Assembly (NCBI GenBank): GCA_002633005.1
Contig: NMRA01000180.1
Span: forward strand, 495,955-559,954
Length of the DNA stretch: 64,000 bases
Origin: Phoronis australis
Taxonomy: Eukaryota > Animalia > Phoronida
Direction: 5' to 3'
Program-made: the position numbers and the translations under genes
In this document: in pieces, positions 26,601 through 38,600 of the stretch
Position numbering within the stretch: the first letter of the stretch is position 1
Layout: each line of letters opens with the position of its first letter
Notes under the pieces: generated by a model
What the model was told of the DNA's origin: nothing
The model's database searches: none
Seen by the model: the letters and a program-made list of their open reading frames with translations, nothing else

Positions 26601-29600
26601 AGCACAGCATTGACTGTGACCTCGGGGGTTGCAGGCAAATCCATTACACACTGAGGCTGATCTCAGAAAATGATTTTTCTCACGGATAATGACCCTTTAA
26701 AGTCTGTGGTAACAATTTTTTACCCCAATAGTATCATTTGGACTATTAAGATTTGAAATTTTGGGAAGCTGAAACAGGAATTTTCATTTCTATATTATTT
26801 CCATAATATTAGGACCTTAGGTCTTATCATCAGCCAGTTTGAAATTCTTAATTATGAAATTAATATTCTTAGTCTATTCACAATCTCAAATACAAACTCA
26901 AATTTATAGTGAAATATTATTATGTTTTTGGTGTTTAGAAATGTGAATTATTATCCGCATTTAAGCTTTCCTAATCAAATTAGCTACGGTAAAATGGATG
27001 CTCATGAGTTGTCGATCTACGAGTTTAAGGGGCTTTAAATCTCCCCTTTTGAGGTAGGTGCAACCAAAGAAAAAGAAAAAATACATACACCCCCTCAGAT
27101 TTCAGCAAAATCTGTGTCGATAAGTTGTGATAGTAAACATCGCACAACCAGTACCTCGTCACAAACCGGGATTGCCAACAGAGACGGATCTGTTTAAAAA
27201 TTAACAACCCCACCATATACTTCATTATTAAGTTTTGACGATAATTGACTGACAAAAAATTTTGTGTAGAAAACTAAAATGACCAACAGGGGGTGTCACA
27301 ATAGTTGAATGTCGGAAATGTAACTGGTGTTAGCACATTCCTGACAAATTTCATCAAACAGTTTTTAACAGACAAGCAAAATTCCGATGCCAGATGCAGG
27401 CTGGACAGATGTCGAATGGACGGACATGATGCTGCATATGTGATCGAAAATTTTTTATGGGCACATAAAATGAAAGAAATTGAAATAATTTAGATCAAAA
27501 ACTCACAACAAGCCGAAAACACCAAATATTATGACTGGGCGTCGACGACCAAATTTGCTGACTAGCCTGTCACTCTTCATCCCGACAAGTGGACTAACAA
27601 TCAATAGTAAAACTGGAATTGAAAAAAACGTAAAACAATAAGAAACTTGCACGAGATGTCATTGGCCACAAAATGACAAATATTGTTATCACTACCAACA
27701 CCTTGGAACTGCAATGCGCCACAGGATGGTATCAAGAAACGGAAGAACAGACCAAGGCGGCAGTGGGACAGATTTTTAGGGAAAATAAAAAATCACCATA
27801 ACAAGATCCACAGGTTATAAAATGAACAATATTCTTGGAAGAAAGATATCAGATTATTAAAATGTAAAACAGCATTGTAAAACACCTGAGTTAAGTAACC
27901 AGTATTTGTAAAAAAAATCTTTTTTCATGGGTATGATTATTTGGAGTAATATTGATATTTTTGAGGCTGACACACTGAATTCTGCTTTCGCGTACATCAG
28001 AAAACGTATGTGCACTTCATTTCTTGGTCTTTTAATATCTTTTGATTTAAGTCAGGGTTATAAGTACCATGCCAATATTACCTGCACCCCCTGCTACCAT
28101 TCCACCAAGGACTCGTCCTTTCAGTTCTGAACCTACTAATGCCTTGATCTGGGCAGGAACCACTAAAAGAGAGGGGGTGAATTGACAAACATATGCTACT
28201 CTTGGACTGACTCAGAGAATCATGGTTTAATGCAAGTATGACAAAAAGTAAATTTTCGACAGTTTTCTTCAAACCAAGTAGGTAATATATACTAGCGCTA
28301 AATTTGCTTGGAAACTGTCTTTTTCTTTAGTTTAACAAAACTTATTGTCTCGTCATGGGATTCTCTTTCCTACCTCATAACTGCGGAGACAACAATCTAC
28401 ATTTCCAAAATAGAACATGATCAGAGTAATAAATAGTTCTTTGTCGTTTTGTCATTTTTTCATGATAGATATCAATTAGTAAAGCCAAATCAATTTTCTA
28501 CCATTTTCAAGTTCCATACGATGCCTACGATCACGCACAATTTTGTCATAATATCTGTCCAAAGTGGTGAGATTTGAATATTCATGAGGCATGTTCAAAC
28601 AGCAGGCAACAGAAAGCTTGGATAACAAATGAGTGTTACAGATCCCCTAGCCCCAGGTACCTTCCGTAGACATAAGAAACTCGAAAAAATGTGCAAGACC
28701 ACGAGATATCACCAGATGATTCTCAAGCGAAACAGGTGATCACACTAGTTTTTTCTGGCCAGTATCTTTGGTGGGAATGATCTGAAGGCAGCCTGGGTTT
28801 TGCTCTTATACAAAGAAAACACATGTAAAATTACAATTTTAATGGACATTATCGATTTTATGGCTGATAAATGCTTTTTTGGGCAAGACTTCTTGAAATT
28901 GTTAGCTTTGACCACTGCTATAAATTATAAATTGTCAATTTTCGTGGTTGTCTTAGTGCTAGAGTCGCTAAGATCAAGCCTAGTGCCTTTATCAGTTAAA
29001 TGCGCTTAACTGAAGTACTCTGCCATTTATAGAGCAGGAACATCAACACTAAGAGCATAAGTCTGGGACCATGCTGGCAGCATATTAGACTGGCACCACG
29101 AGGGTTTCAGGTTTGAATCCGCACAGGTCTCATAAAATCATTTTTCTAATTGATAATGTATTTTCACAAGATCATGAAGCATGAATGCCTCATCTGTGCA
29201 GAATGCTCACCTACAAGGGAGAAGAGAAGAAACTGCATACTGAAGCCCATCCAAGTTAAGTTGAGTAAGACAATCTTCCACACGGGTAAAATGGCTGCTT
29301 CCTCAGTGTCTTCTTCATCATTTGATTCACCCTCAACATTCAGCTTGTCCAAAGACCCACTAGAAAGTGGCATTCTTGAACATCACATAACATTCCTCAG
29401 TTTTTTCCTCTTGTTTTTTGTTTTGCTTTTGTTTTTTTATATTCTTGAGATTCTTTTACAAAACATCAAGCTGTCTTGAATTTGTCCTAAATCCATGATG
29501 ACAAAAATCCAATAACAAGAAAATAGCATAAAACCGATTTCCATAGTAAGCTAATTTAGCCCTGTAATATGTCTTCCTGGCGCCACGGACAAGAGCATTA

Positions 29601-31029
29601 ACCACATACACCAGCTCCAATAGCAGTAAACAAAATGTAATTGGCTTCTTTCATTTGTGATGGTCACTGACTGAGGACCAATAAACATTCACAACACAAG
29701 AGCATTGTCAAAGAATGAGTACAAGAAATTGCTAATTAACATTCTAGTTCATATCCACAACCACTTTTAACATTTTGTTGCTACAATGTTGCTCCAGCTC
29801 CCATTAACTTTTTCTATTTTACCATACCATCATAGCTCTCACACAAAATACCTTAGAATTACAAATCAAAATCTTAAACATTTTACATCACGTACGCCCA
29901 AATTTTGGCCGTGTGCATCATTTACAAGTACTTAAATTTTCTAAAAGACAAATTTGTATAGATAAACTTATTCATTCAAACCCTCTTCAGACCATAAGAG
30001 AAAACAACAACCATAAGTTCCATACATAAAACCACATGTTGCTTAACTGCAAAAGCACAAAGATTATGAGGCACAAATTCACCTTCGCCATGTGTGCACC
30101 TTCAAGAACGTGAGATGTCACTAATTTTAGACAAAAGTAATCAATAAAACTGATCTTTTCAATGGTCAGAAGCTTTTAACTTCATTCCAAATGCTTAAAA
30201 TTAAACACTATCCGACAGCTACCGGGAATTTCCATAGATAAACCCAAGGGCATGTATTCGGAAAATGAACATTTTCAGGCATTTTAGCAATACCAAATAA
30301 ACGCCTGGGTGTTTATTTGGAAAAAGGGGCGTGGAAACGAAAAGCCATAGTTTTGCTTGACTTGACACTATTTTACTTAAAACCGCGTTTTTAAATTTTT
30401 TGTTAATAGATGCATAGATCGCCAACACCTTGTTCTTTTTAGAAATGATAAATGCTCCACAAAACTGAATTTGTGACAAAAAGTTGATGCTGAATGGGCT
30501 TTTATGAGGAAAATTTACAAATAAACCTCCCACTGTTTGGACACTTGACACCAAAAGTTGTAACACCAAATAAACGCCCATGGGACATGTATTTGGCATA
30601 ATTTTCTGAATAAACGCCCATGGGCGTTTCATGGGGTGGGCTTATCTACGAAAAACTCCAGTATGCTATAAAACTTAACAAAACATATAAATATTATTTA
30701 AGTATTAAATTATTTTATGTAAGCTATACTGCTTCGTCCTCATTATATTGTTTAGATTCTCGGGTCAGTGACCCCATTTGTTCTACGATTATTGGTTTAA
30801 CTGTACCACGTAATCTCTGTTTTTTCCCATTGCATTAAGGTTCATTGGTTGTTTCAAAGAAACCTCATTCTTGACAATCATAGTAAATCCCGGGGCTAAG
30901 CTAGGTGTCTATTCTCTCTACATCAGTCATAAAGACGTATACTCACCTCATGCTAGATGGCTCAGATGGAGGCTTGTCTTCTGTATACGACAACCTGTGG
31001 TCTGCTTGAGACAACAGCTTGTGTTCCAT
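14502..31029 (-). CDS. Major facilitator superfamily (MFS) 12-TM transporter, SLC45/sucrose-maltose-permease related; 15 coding exons, about 547 aa
   Basis: Exons in transcript order: 31029-30947, 29359-29211, 28162-28082, 27612-27507, 26263-26219, 25281-25221, 24546-24366, 22988-22887, 22039-21963, 20332-20176, 19215-19149, 18509-18402, 17171-17017, 16368-16268, 14672-14502. All are GT-AG and phase-compatible, totalling 1644 nt. Motifs: GMKSDRLVSKFGRRRP (loop 2-3), PYSALVADESNPTQRG, DFRWVFFTRFF, GVLSDRIHKRKP (loop 8-9), GVGYGCFNGVDFALVMDVLP. Confidence 0.9.
15084..15868. other. assembly gap (N run)
   Basis: 785 N. Confidence 1.
16268..16368 (-). CDS. MFS transporter exon 14
   Basis: GVGYGCFNGVDFALVMDVLPEEKDKAKDIAVWQQ. 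Confidence 0.9.
17017..17171 (-). CDS. MFS transporter exon 13 (second motif A)
   Basis: CLVCGVLSDRIHKRKPIIISGGLMMFAMSIILAFLRGEYSYYFALICAFVF; GTAAGT donor. Confidence 0.9.
18402..18509 (-). CDS. MFS transporter exon 12
   Basis: FLQYWLADMIKLPPCWSPEKAVAVSFIPLLFAAVI. Confidence 0.9.
19149..19215 (-). CDS. MFS transporter exon 11 (TM7)
   Basis: DSDFRWVFFTRFFMQQGISTNT; GTAAGA donor. Confidence 0.9.
20176..20332 (-). CDS. MFS transporter exon 10 (TM6, central loop)
   Basis: DLGVLPTYGISFLVFLVCLLTTVFCTSERSSKPVHDPIKFKEIVTGFWEPLK. Confidence 0.9.
20360..21609. mobile_element. Tc1/mariner-type (TA-TSD) non-autonomous element spanning an assembly gap
   Basis: Perfect 24-bp TIR CCGTAATCGTTCGGGTTAACGCCC, TA on both flanks, subterminal tandem TTAACCGCCC(AC) motifs. 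Confidence 0.85.
20747..21489. other. assembly gap (N run)
   Basis: 743 N. Confidence 1.
21963..22039 (-). CDS. MFS transporter exon 9 (TM5)
   Basis: GLNSGVMGGLTLIGNVVGAVLGLFFV; GTGAGT donor. Confidence 0.9.
22887..22988 (-). CDS. MFS transporter exon 8 (TM4)
   Basis: GLYVFFYLLMSVFSAVISVPYSALVADESNPTQR. Confidence 0.9.
24366..24546 (-). CDS. MFS transporter exon 7 (loop insertion)
   Basis: CPSIDLVAKRCAPYRHWWNSSKLPHL...ETSGNL; ttttAG acceptor, G|GTAAAA donor. Confidence 0.8.
25221..25281 (-). CDS. MFS transporter exon 6 (loop insertion)
   Basis: VRTPLTVSNDTSLEAVDAEE; phase 2-0, needed to keep the frame. Confidence 0.75.
26219..26263 (-). CDS. MFS transporter exon 5
   Basis: IGLLGMGLSAPRVH; GTAAGT donor, phase 2-2. 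Confidence 0.8.
26398..26696. mobile_element. TTAA-flanked non-autonomous element (Kolobok-like termini)
   Basis: TTAA|AGGG...CCCT|TTAA with imperfect subterminal inverted similarity. Confidence 0.6.
27507..27612 (-). CDS. MFS transporter exon 4 (motif A)
   Basis: LLLIVSPLVGMKSDRLVSKFGRRRPVIIFGVFGL; GTGAGT donor. Confidence 0.9.
28082..28162 (-). CDS. MFS transporter exon 3
   Basis: VVPAQIKALVGSELKGRVLGGMVAGGA; AG/GT boundaries, phase 1-1. Confidence 0.85.
29211..29359 (-). CDS. MFS transporter exon 2 (acidic N-tail and TM1)
   Basis: ctttctAG acceptor; GSLDKLNVEGESNDEEDTEEAAILPVWKIVLLNLTWMGFSMQFLLFSLV; G|GTGAGC donor. Confidence 0.85.
30222..30661. mobile_element. older Tc1/mariner-type MITE
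   Basis: TA flanks; degenerate TIR ccgggaatttccatagataaaccca vs ctggagtttttcgtagataagccca; internal AATAAACGCC repeats. Confidence 0.65.
30947..31029 (-). CDS. MFS transporter coding exon 1 (MEHKLLSQADHRLSYTEDKPPSEPSSM)
   Basis: ATG at 31029; AG|GTGAGT donor, phase 2; acceptor for this exon at 31084. Confidence 0.7.
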
Positions 31030-31454
31030 GACTGACAGGTCACTGTCCGGTTGTTATACTCTCTCTTTTCAGGCTGAAGTCATGCTGCAATCGTAAAATA
31101 AATGTCAAATCAATATTTGAAAAACAACGAGACTTTTTGACAGCTAAGCAGACCACTTGCCACAGATTCCCGACATTGGGCCAGATGGACAATAAAAACA
31201 ACTATGTTAGTTTGGGTTGGGTTTATGTCCAGGTTCAGCTTGGCACGTGCAAATTTCAAGAAAATGAAGTTCAACTTTCCTGTCACATTGGCTTCCTAAA
31301 TTGTTTTATACCATACTTCACTTTAGTTTCAAATTTACTAACATCTCTAGGCATTTTAAAGAGTGTTTCATGCAAAAGATAAGTAAGTCACAAAAATATG
31401 TAATCAATCACAAAAAGATTTTTAGTGACACACCAGTTCATCTGCACAGTTAAC

Positions 31455-31672
31455 AACAGTCTCTCATTTCCATGTATTTAGCAATTCGTGCATAGAGAAA
31501 AATTTTAAATTTGTGACATTTTGATCAAATGCCAATACTGTGGTCATTATCCATGAGCTTGGCAACAGTCTTTCTTTTCCACATATTTAGCATTTCGTGC
31601 ATAGAGAAAAATGTTTAAATTGTGACATTTTGATCAAAAGCCAATACTGTGGTCATTATCCATGAGCTTGGC
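31455..31672. repeat. tandem duplication, about 109 bp x 2
   Basis: TATTTAGCA..TCGTGCATAGAGAAAAAT...TGTGGTCATTATCCATGAGCTTGGCA occurs twice. Confidence 0.85.
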
Positions 31673-34600
31673 ACCAAGCTATATACATCCATCACCATTT
31701 CATTGTAAAATAAATTGAGTTAGTTTTAGATTAATCATAATTAAATGTCAAGAAATGGTGTATCACTATTCTGATAACACTTCAAATGGCGTTGTCACAC
31801 AATTATTTTATTTTCGGTTTGTTGGATACGACATTTTGAGATAAAAATTCTATTTTCCGCAAAATTATTTCTAATATCACCATTCCTCCATTTTTCGATG
31901 GCTTGAGTTTTGCAATGCATAAAGAAAACTTCAATACACAAAGCGGAGTTTGCTGCTGAAAAGGCCAGAGTTCAAATACCATGCTCAGTTGTTTTACTGC
32001 TCATTTTCAGCTGTATGTTCCTGAAGTCAAGGTTGTAATACTACAGGAAATACCACAATACAATTAATGCACCTATACTTAGCAAAAGTAAATACAGTAT
32101 TTGGCAGAGGCAGAAGCTGATGTGGTGGTACAGTCTGTTGAATTATATAGGATAGGCCAAAGTGTATAGTTACTTTCAAATGACAATAGCTGCATTGTTT
32201 ATTGTTTTAGAAACAGGATTACTGGATTGAATTTTTAAAGAGATGATCAAAAAGGGCATTAACATGGGTGGCGCAGCACTGAAAAAAAATGGGAGTCTAT
32301 AGCCCTCCAGCCCCCCTTTGGTGCACCGCCTATGATTAAATCTTTAAACTAAACTAAATGCACTGTTTATCAACATGATAAAAAACGAGAAATTTACTTA
32401 CTTACTGAGAAAATTTGGTTAGCTGAGGATGATGTTTCAACGCTACAGCTCAACTAACCAAATGTCTCTTAGTAAGTAATTTTTGTTTTTTACTATCATC
32501 ACAGGAGACAACTATGAACACTTTCAACCATGGTAAAAGATGTCTGCACATATTTGACATTCTCCAGGTGGTAATGAGGCACTAAGGGTGATAAATTGCC
32601 TACTCCAAAACTGAGTTGTTTGCTAATCCTGTGCATGTCCAGCATATGACAGCACAGTAACCACTAATTTAGTTCATAGCAAGGTGTAATCATGAAGTTA
32701 GCTCAGATACAGAGTCTGATCCACGGGAACTGAATTTGAAATCCCGGCGCTGTAATCAAGTGAGAATGCATTTTAGGACACCCTGTACGATCTACCTCGA
32801 TAAAAATCACCTGGCAGAATGTTCACAGCACTTCATTAATTGGCCACTTACAAAGCAATTGAAATAAACCATTAACAAGGAACAGACACTTCCCACACAT
32901 GAACACACCTCCTCACTCACTATATGGTTCACACTGATAAACTAATGCAGGACAACTGTAACCCAGGCCCTGGAAACATCATGGCTCACAGACTGGCAGT
33001 GTCGCGAGTACAATAGTAATAGAGAGCCAAGAGAACATTGTTCACCGGCTATTGAGTGCAAAAGGTTCCAGCGCATAATTCTGTTGTAAATCACCCATCA
33101 ATAAAGGAAGGGGCATCTTACGTTATGTACAATCCTGGGCTGTGGTCCCTAGGGATTCTACGTAAAGTGGGACCCAAAATGCACTTAATTTACTTTAATT
33201 ACTTTTATTAAAACTCTTTAATTTGTGTTACTCCTCGCGGAAAGTCCCTAGTATTTGGTCTAAGGCCATTATCTCTCTCTTTCTAATCAAAATTTCGAGT
33301 GCAACATCCCTTTCAAGTCTGTTGAATTTAAATCACTCTGGCCCTCAAATTAAGTTGATCTAACTTAACACATGAAAATGACTAGGGAAATTAATCAAGA
33401 CACTTACTGATTAATGACCAATTAACACGATTTATTTAAACTTTCAAGTGCAACAAAGTTGTTTTGAAAAAGCAGACACTTAGGTAACTAGAAACACAGT
33501 TGCCAACTCAGAAGACTATGAAAAACGGGGTGTTATTTAGTCCAACACCTTGTTTGGTATTTCAGGTGAGCTGGGCCGGTCACCTGAATTTACCTGGTGT
33601 GTGAGCTGTTTTATTAACGCATGCACGCGCATGTACACGCACACCAAATTACTCAGATGAGAAGGGAATCTGGATTTAACATTCTCTCGAATTGTTTTGT
33701 TTTGTTTTTTTATTCTCTTGGATTTTTTCATACTTCTATAGCTTTTGAATAACCTTGCAAGATCCTCACTGTTTGGGACCCATCTCCGCTCTGTAATGAA
33801 GCCCAGAATTGTGGAATGACACTTGGCTTCCCTCAGTTCCCAGCCGCTGGTTTGTAACCCTTCCTAATTGGCTAATTATGTTGTCAGCCCAGCAGACTTA
33901 ATAAAGCAAAATACTGACTGTGGACTGCTTATTCCTAATTTCAGGTTATAAGTCACATTTCTAGACCGATTTTCAAAATTCAAAAACGTAACCATGCATG
34001 CTTTTCACGAACTATTCAAATACGCTATTCAAAAACTTTCAAAACCAAAATTTAAAAAATATTATGGACACCTCCATTGTTTACAACCATGTTTTGAATG
34101 GCAGTTTCACCGCCTGATTATACCCCAAGTTTACCTCTAGAGATAGTGTCTTGTCTACATCTTATCTGGAATGTATCTTTCTTGTTTAGTGACTTCCAAA
34201 ATTATGTGAGTATTCCTACTTTTATCAAGCAAAAATAGTCATCTCACATCCATTTTTATAACTACGGTATTGTGATTTAATCTGAACGACACCAAAACTT
34301 AAAACTACAAGTTAAAAAAGCGAGATAAATCTATACTAAAAATTGATAATGCACCTGCCCATGCACCTCTGAGCAACAAGTGCCCACTATCCTGTACATT
34401 AACTGCTNCCCCCCCCCCCCCGGTTTTAACTTAAAAACTTGTACAGGGACAAGTGCCTACATGCCTAGCTGTATAGGACAGTAATGTAATGTACCAAAAT
34501 ATTGGAATGTTATGTTCACAGTGCTACAATGCCTCAGTCAAGTGAATATTACAATAGAATGACAATGCACATGGTCAAATGAACTTTTGCTCCTCCAATT

Positions 34601-34932
34601 ATGGACTTCACATGTGGCACAAACCCAAAACATCAACATTAAAAGATAGTGGAAAGCCACCAAGATTCTCTTGTATTGTTAAACTTACCAGAGATTTTTC
34701 AACTGAGAATGAGTGTTCTGCAAGCATGCCACATCCCCATCTGGTTCAAGCAGCCTATATCATATTTCCTATTGCTTGTGGTCATAGGTTACCATCCTTA
34801 CCAAAAACACATGTTCCTGTAAGTAGGCCTACTTTTTCACCAGTTGGTATGTTAAGGATATTGGATGGAACCTACCATTTGAGACAGGGGTGTCCAACCT
34901 CCATGTCATGTGTTAGCAGGTGGTTGGGTTTA

Positions 34933-35234
34933 AGTTTTTGAAAAGTTGTTTAATGTTATTCTGAAATACAGTTAAAATGGCAGTTTCTCCAGATGTCATG
35001 GAAACGAAACTGCTGACAGACTTTTTCATTTGGTTCAGGTTAAAGGCCTTTGCACATACAATGTCGCTGTGTGAAGTTTTTGAAGTTGTTTAATGTTATT
35101 CCTGAATACAATTAAAACAGCAGTTTCTCCAGATGTCATGGAAACAAACGGCAGTTTCTCCAGATGTCATGGAAACAAAACTGCTAAAAGTCTTTTTCCT
35201 TTGGTCCAGGAAAGTGCTTTGCAATAACAATGTC
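34933..35234. repeat. tandem duplication with nested repeat
   Basis: AAGTTGTTTAATGTTATT occurs twice and GCAGTTTCTCCAGATGTCATGGAAAC three times. Confidence 0.8.
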
Positions 35235-35433
35235 AATGCTATCTTATGTTAATTACCTACTTCATAAACACCTGAATTGTGAAATACCAAATGGTCTTGG
35301 TAAAGTAAGGGACTGGAAGAGATCAGCAGGAAGTGTGACAGAGGGTTGGGGGAAGCGTTTTATTTACACCGAGGTATAATAAAATACACAACTTTGGTTA
35401 TTTAGAAGAGTTTCTAGAAGTACACAAGACAAA

Positions 35434-35685
35434 TCCTACACTAACATTTGGGGTTTTGTTACTCCAGTAAGGGGAACCTAAGCCAGACAGTGACTAACCC
35501 GTCCTAATCAATTTACAGCATAATGCTTGTGCCTTACTCTCAATTCCGAAGAAAACCTATTCACTATTTTTCTTTTAATGCATCGATTTTAAAGTCAAAG
35601 AGGCTACTATATTTTACTTTTCAATTTTAAAAACAGTCATGTTGGCCATTTGCCTTACTTATTGTTCATTTCTTGACTGAAACTC
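35434..35685. repeat. interspersed repeat copy (same family as 13676-13922)
   Basis: same shared blocks, same orientation. Confidence 0.75.
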
Positions 35686-38600
35686 AAACCCAGGTCTCCC
35701 AATTGTGCCTAAGTGCACGCGCAGCAAGGGTACTAGTTCAGTGAAAAAAAATATGTCCATCCAATATCAGTCAACAATTTCCTCACCTGACATGTAACAC
35801 AAAAATAACCCATAGGTTGGGAAGCAAATGCTCAAATAATCTCGGCTGAACAAAGACTAGGAACATATCCCAGAGAGGACAAACCCCAGGGGCTCAACTA
35901 AAACCCTTTGAAGAGGTATACCAGAAATGCTCCTCAGAAGGGTGTCTTTTTATGACAACGTAAAAGCCCTCAGGTGTGAAACGTTTCAACAAATATCTCA
36001 CCCAAAAAAGGATTCATTATTGAAAAAACAATTGACTGAGTTGTAATATGCATTGCATGTAGGTATCCCAAAAAGGAACACATTCATGATTTCTTTTTAA
36101 AAATGCAAACCAATGTTACGCTTCCTCGGCCTATAAGGCCTAATGAATTCCCAGAAAAATTTAGTACAAATACTAACAAAATCATTCATTGTTATTTTTC
36201 AATTCATGAGCAGATTCCAAAGGATTTCTACTTTTGGCTCCTGAACCCCGATTATGAAGTAAAACAACTGAACAAGGATTACAAGCTAACAGATGTTTTA
36301 ACATAACCTCCTGAGGGGTATAAAAATAAAAATCAATATATCAACGTCACTAAAACCGAACAATGAAAAGTGGAAGTTCAATTTTGAAGTTTAAGTAACT
36401 TATTAAAATTAAATTTTGTAAAATTTCAGATAAGTTTATTTAGCAAGTGAATTTTTATTGAAGATCAAAAAGTACACGGCATGAGGCTAAACTAATTATA
36501 GACAGTAATTGATTGACTGGCTAGCAAAAGTTTCAGTAACCTTATAGATCATGAACCCAGCAATTAAAACAATTTTTTAATAGATGTTGGTATATATGCA
36601 ATAAAAAATCAAGTGAGCTACAACTTCAATGTAAAACCAGACTCAAAATGTTTTTAAATCACCATGCAGAGTATATTAGCAGGTCTAAATCTCACAAAAA
36701 AGTATTCACAATGCGGCTCATTGTTTTTCTTGATTTCAATCTTAAAAACAATTGAAATGAACTACAACAGCCAAATAACCAAATGAAGCCTAAAATTCTT
36801 TGAGTGTTAACACAAGAAATGCAGCGCAGTCTCAAAATACATCATTGACATAAACTTGGAAGATCTAGATTGTCATTCATGGAAGTCTACCCATGTCAAC
36901 CACAGCAGTTTGTTAGTTTGGAAAATCACATTGATGTGCAAAACATGAAGGTGATGTCACCATAGAAACGCTGCACAAATCAAGACCTAATTTCAGTAAT
37001 TGGCTGTCAGTGCCATCCGCCTCAATTCCTATTTCCATAAATGAGATGTCACAAATTTCAGAGAATCAGTGATAAACAAGTAAGCAGTATTCCTGATTAG
37101 AACTCTCAGCCAATCAATGAGTATGTGCAATGTGCCACAAGGTCACCTCAGAGACACACATTTGTACCTCGAGTACCCTATGCTTGGTTTACCACAATTC
37201 CCAGAGAAAAATCCACGTACATTTTGGGGCTGCAAACCCCAACCATCAGCTAAATAATGTCAGTCCTGAACAGTTGGAGTAAGCATGAATCTCAAAACTT
37301 TAGTGACACATCCCCAGGTCAGGTGTACTCTGGTCAGTAGGTTCAGTCTCAGCTCATGGACACACCAGGTTTTACAAATGCTCTGTGGAATGCTTACATG
37401 AAATTCCTATTTATCACATTAACACAAGGAGGGCCACCCAACACAACAAACCCCTCTACTATCCCTCCATGAAAACCAAGAGTACTAACTGAAGGTACAA
37501 TTGAAAGGTGTATTCATTTCAGAAGGCTTCAAAACTGTTGTAGTCACTCAAGAATAGTTTGTTAGAAAGGTGATCTACTTGTTTACATGACATTCAAATC
37601 AATAACCTGCACAGCTGTGAACTGCCTGTAATATTAAGTGCATGTTGATCACATCACTGCTGCAACAAAGTGACATTTGTCATAGGGCTGACAGGGGTAG
37701 AGCACTGAAAGGGGAAGCAAAGGTCCCCAGTTGTGAAATTGGGTGTACCCCTCACTAATGCCACCAGAAAAATATTTGATGGATGCCCTCCCTCCCTCCC
37801 TCCCCCCCCCACAAAGAAAGGCTTCCTACTACAAAGTAAGTGTGCAATAGTAGGTTTCCATACTGACCTTTCTTATATGTAATTTTAAAATATATGCGAG
37901 GCAGAATGATGTTTGATAGAATGAATTCTTACACCTAAACCGAAAAATAATACATACGGTAATGCATCTTATCATATTCGTAATACTGAAAACTGCATAA
38001 ATCAAGTTGATCATATAGTAAAAGTGTCTGCCAGTAAAGTTTTATGTCTGAAGCAATCTAACGGATAACTGAAAGTTTATTTTTTATTTTTTTCAAAAAC
38101 TTAAATAGCACAGAATAAAACAATGATTTATCATTTTCAAGTTGTCTGCCATAGACACTGTTTTCGAGACACATCATAAAAATATTAGGTTTTGAAAATT
38201 AAAAAATGCAATTTTGGCAATATTTTCTGAATTTAGTGAGCAGAGTTTCACCACAAGACCAAAGTAGCAAAGTTGACTCTGTTCTATAACCCCAACTCTT
38301 CTTGAGATCGGCACTCATCATTGAGACTAAAAAACATCCACCCACATTTGAGTTTCAATAAAGGTCGCGGGTGTTTCTTGAAAAAGCTGCACAAAGGGAT
38401 GTAAACAAAAGTAGGCAAGGTTTGTCGAGTAACAAAGAAACAAACAAATCCCATATCACTTTCACTCATCTGGGATGATTTTCTTTTTTGAAAAAGTCAG
38501 CAATCAAGACAAAACACCGTGCCACCGACTTAACTTTCCAAGGAAAGACTGGAACAAATCACGCTGCTTGCTTTTTGGCTTAATCTTTATTTTTGCTGAG

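Noticed and set aside
29164-29373. ATG at 29373 as the MFS start codon
   Set aside because: Possible, but the ctttctAG acceptor at 29360 is phase-compatible with the upstream exon (30947-31029), which has a strong GTGAGT donor. The upstream start is preferred.
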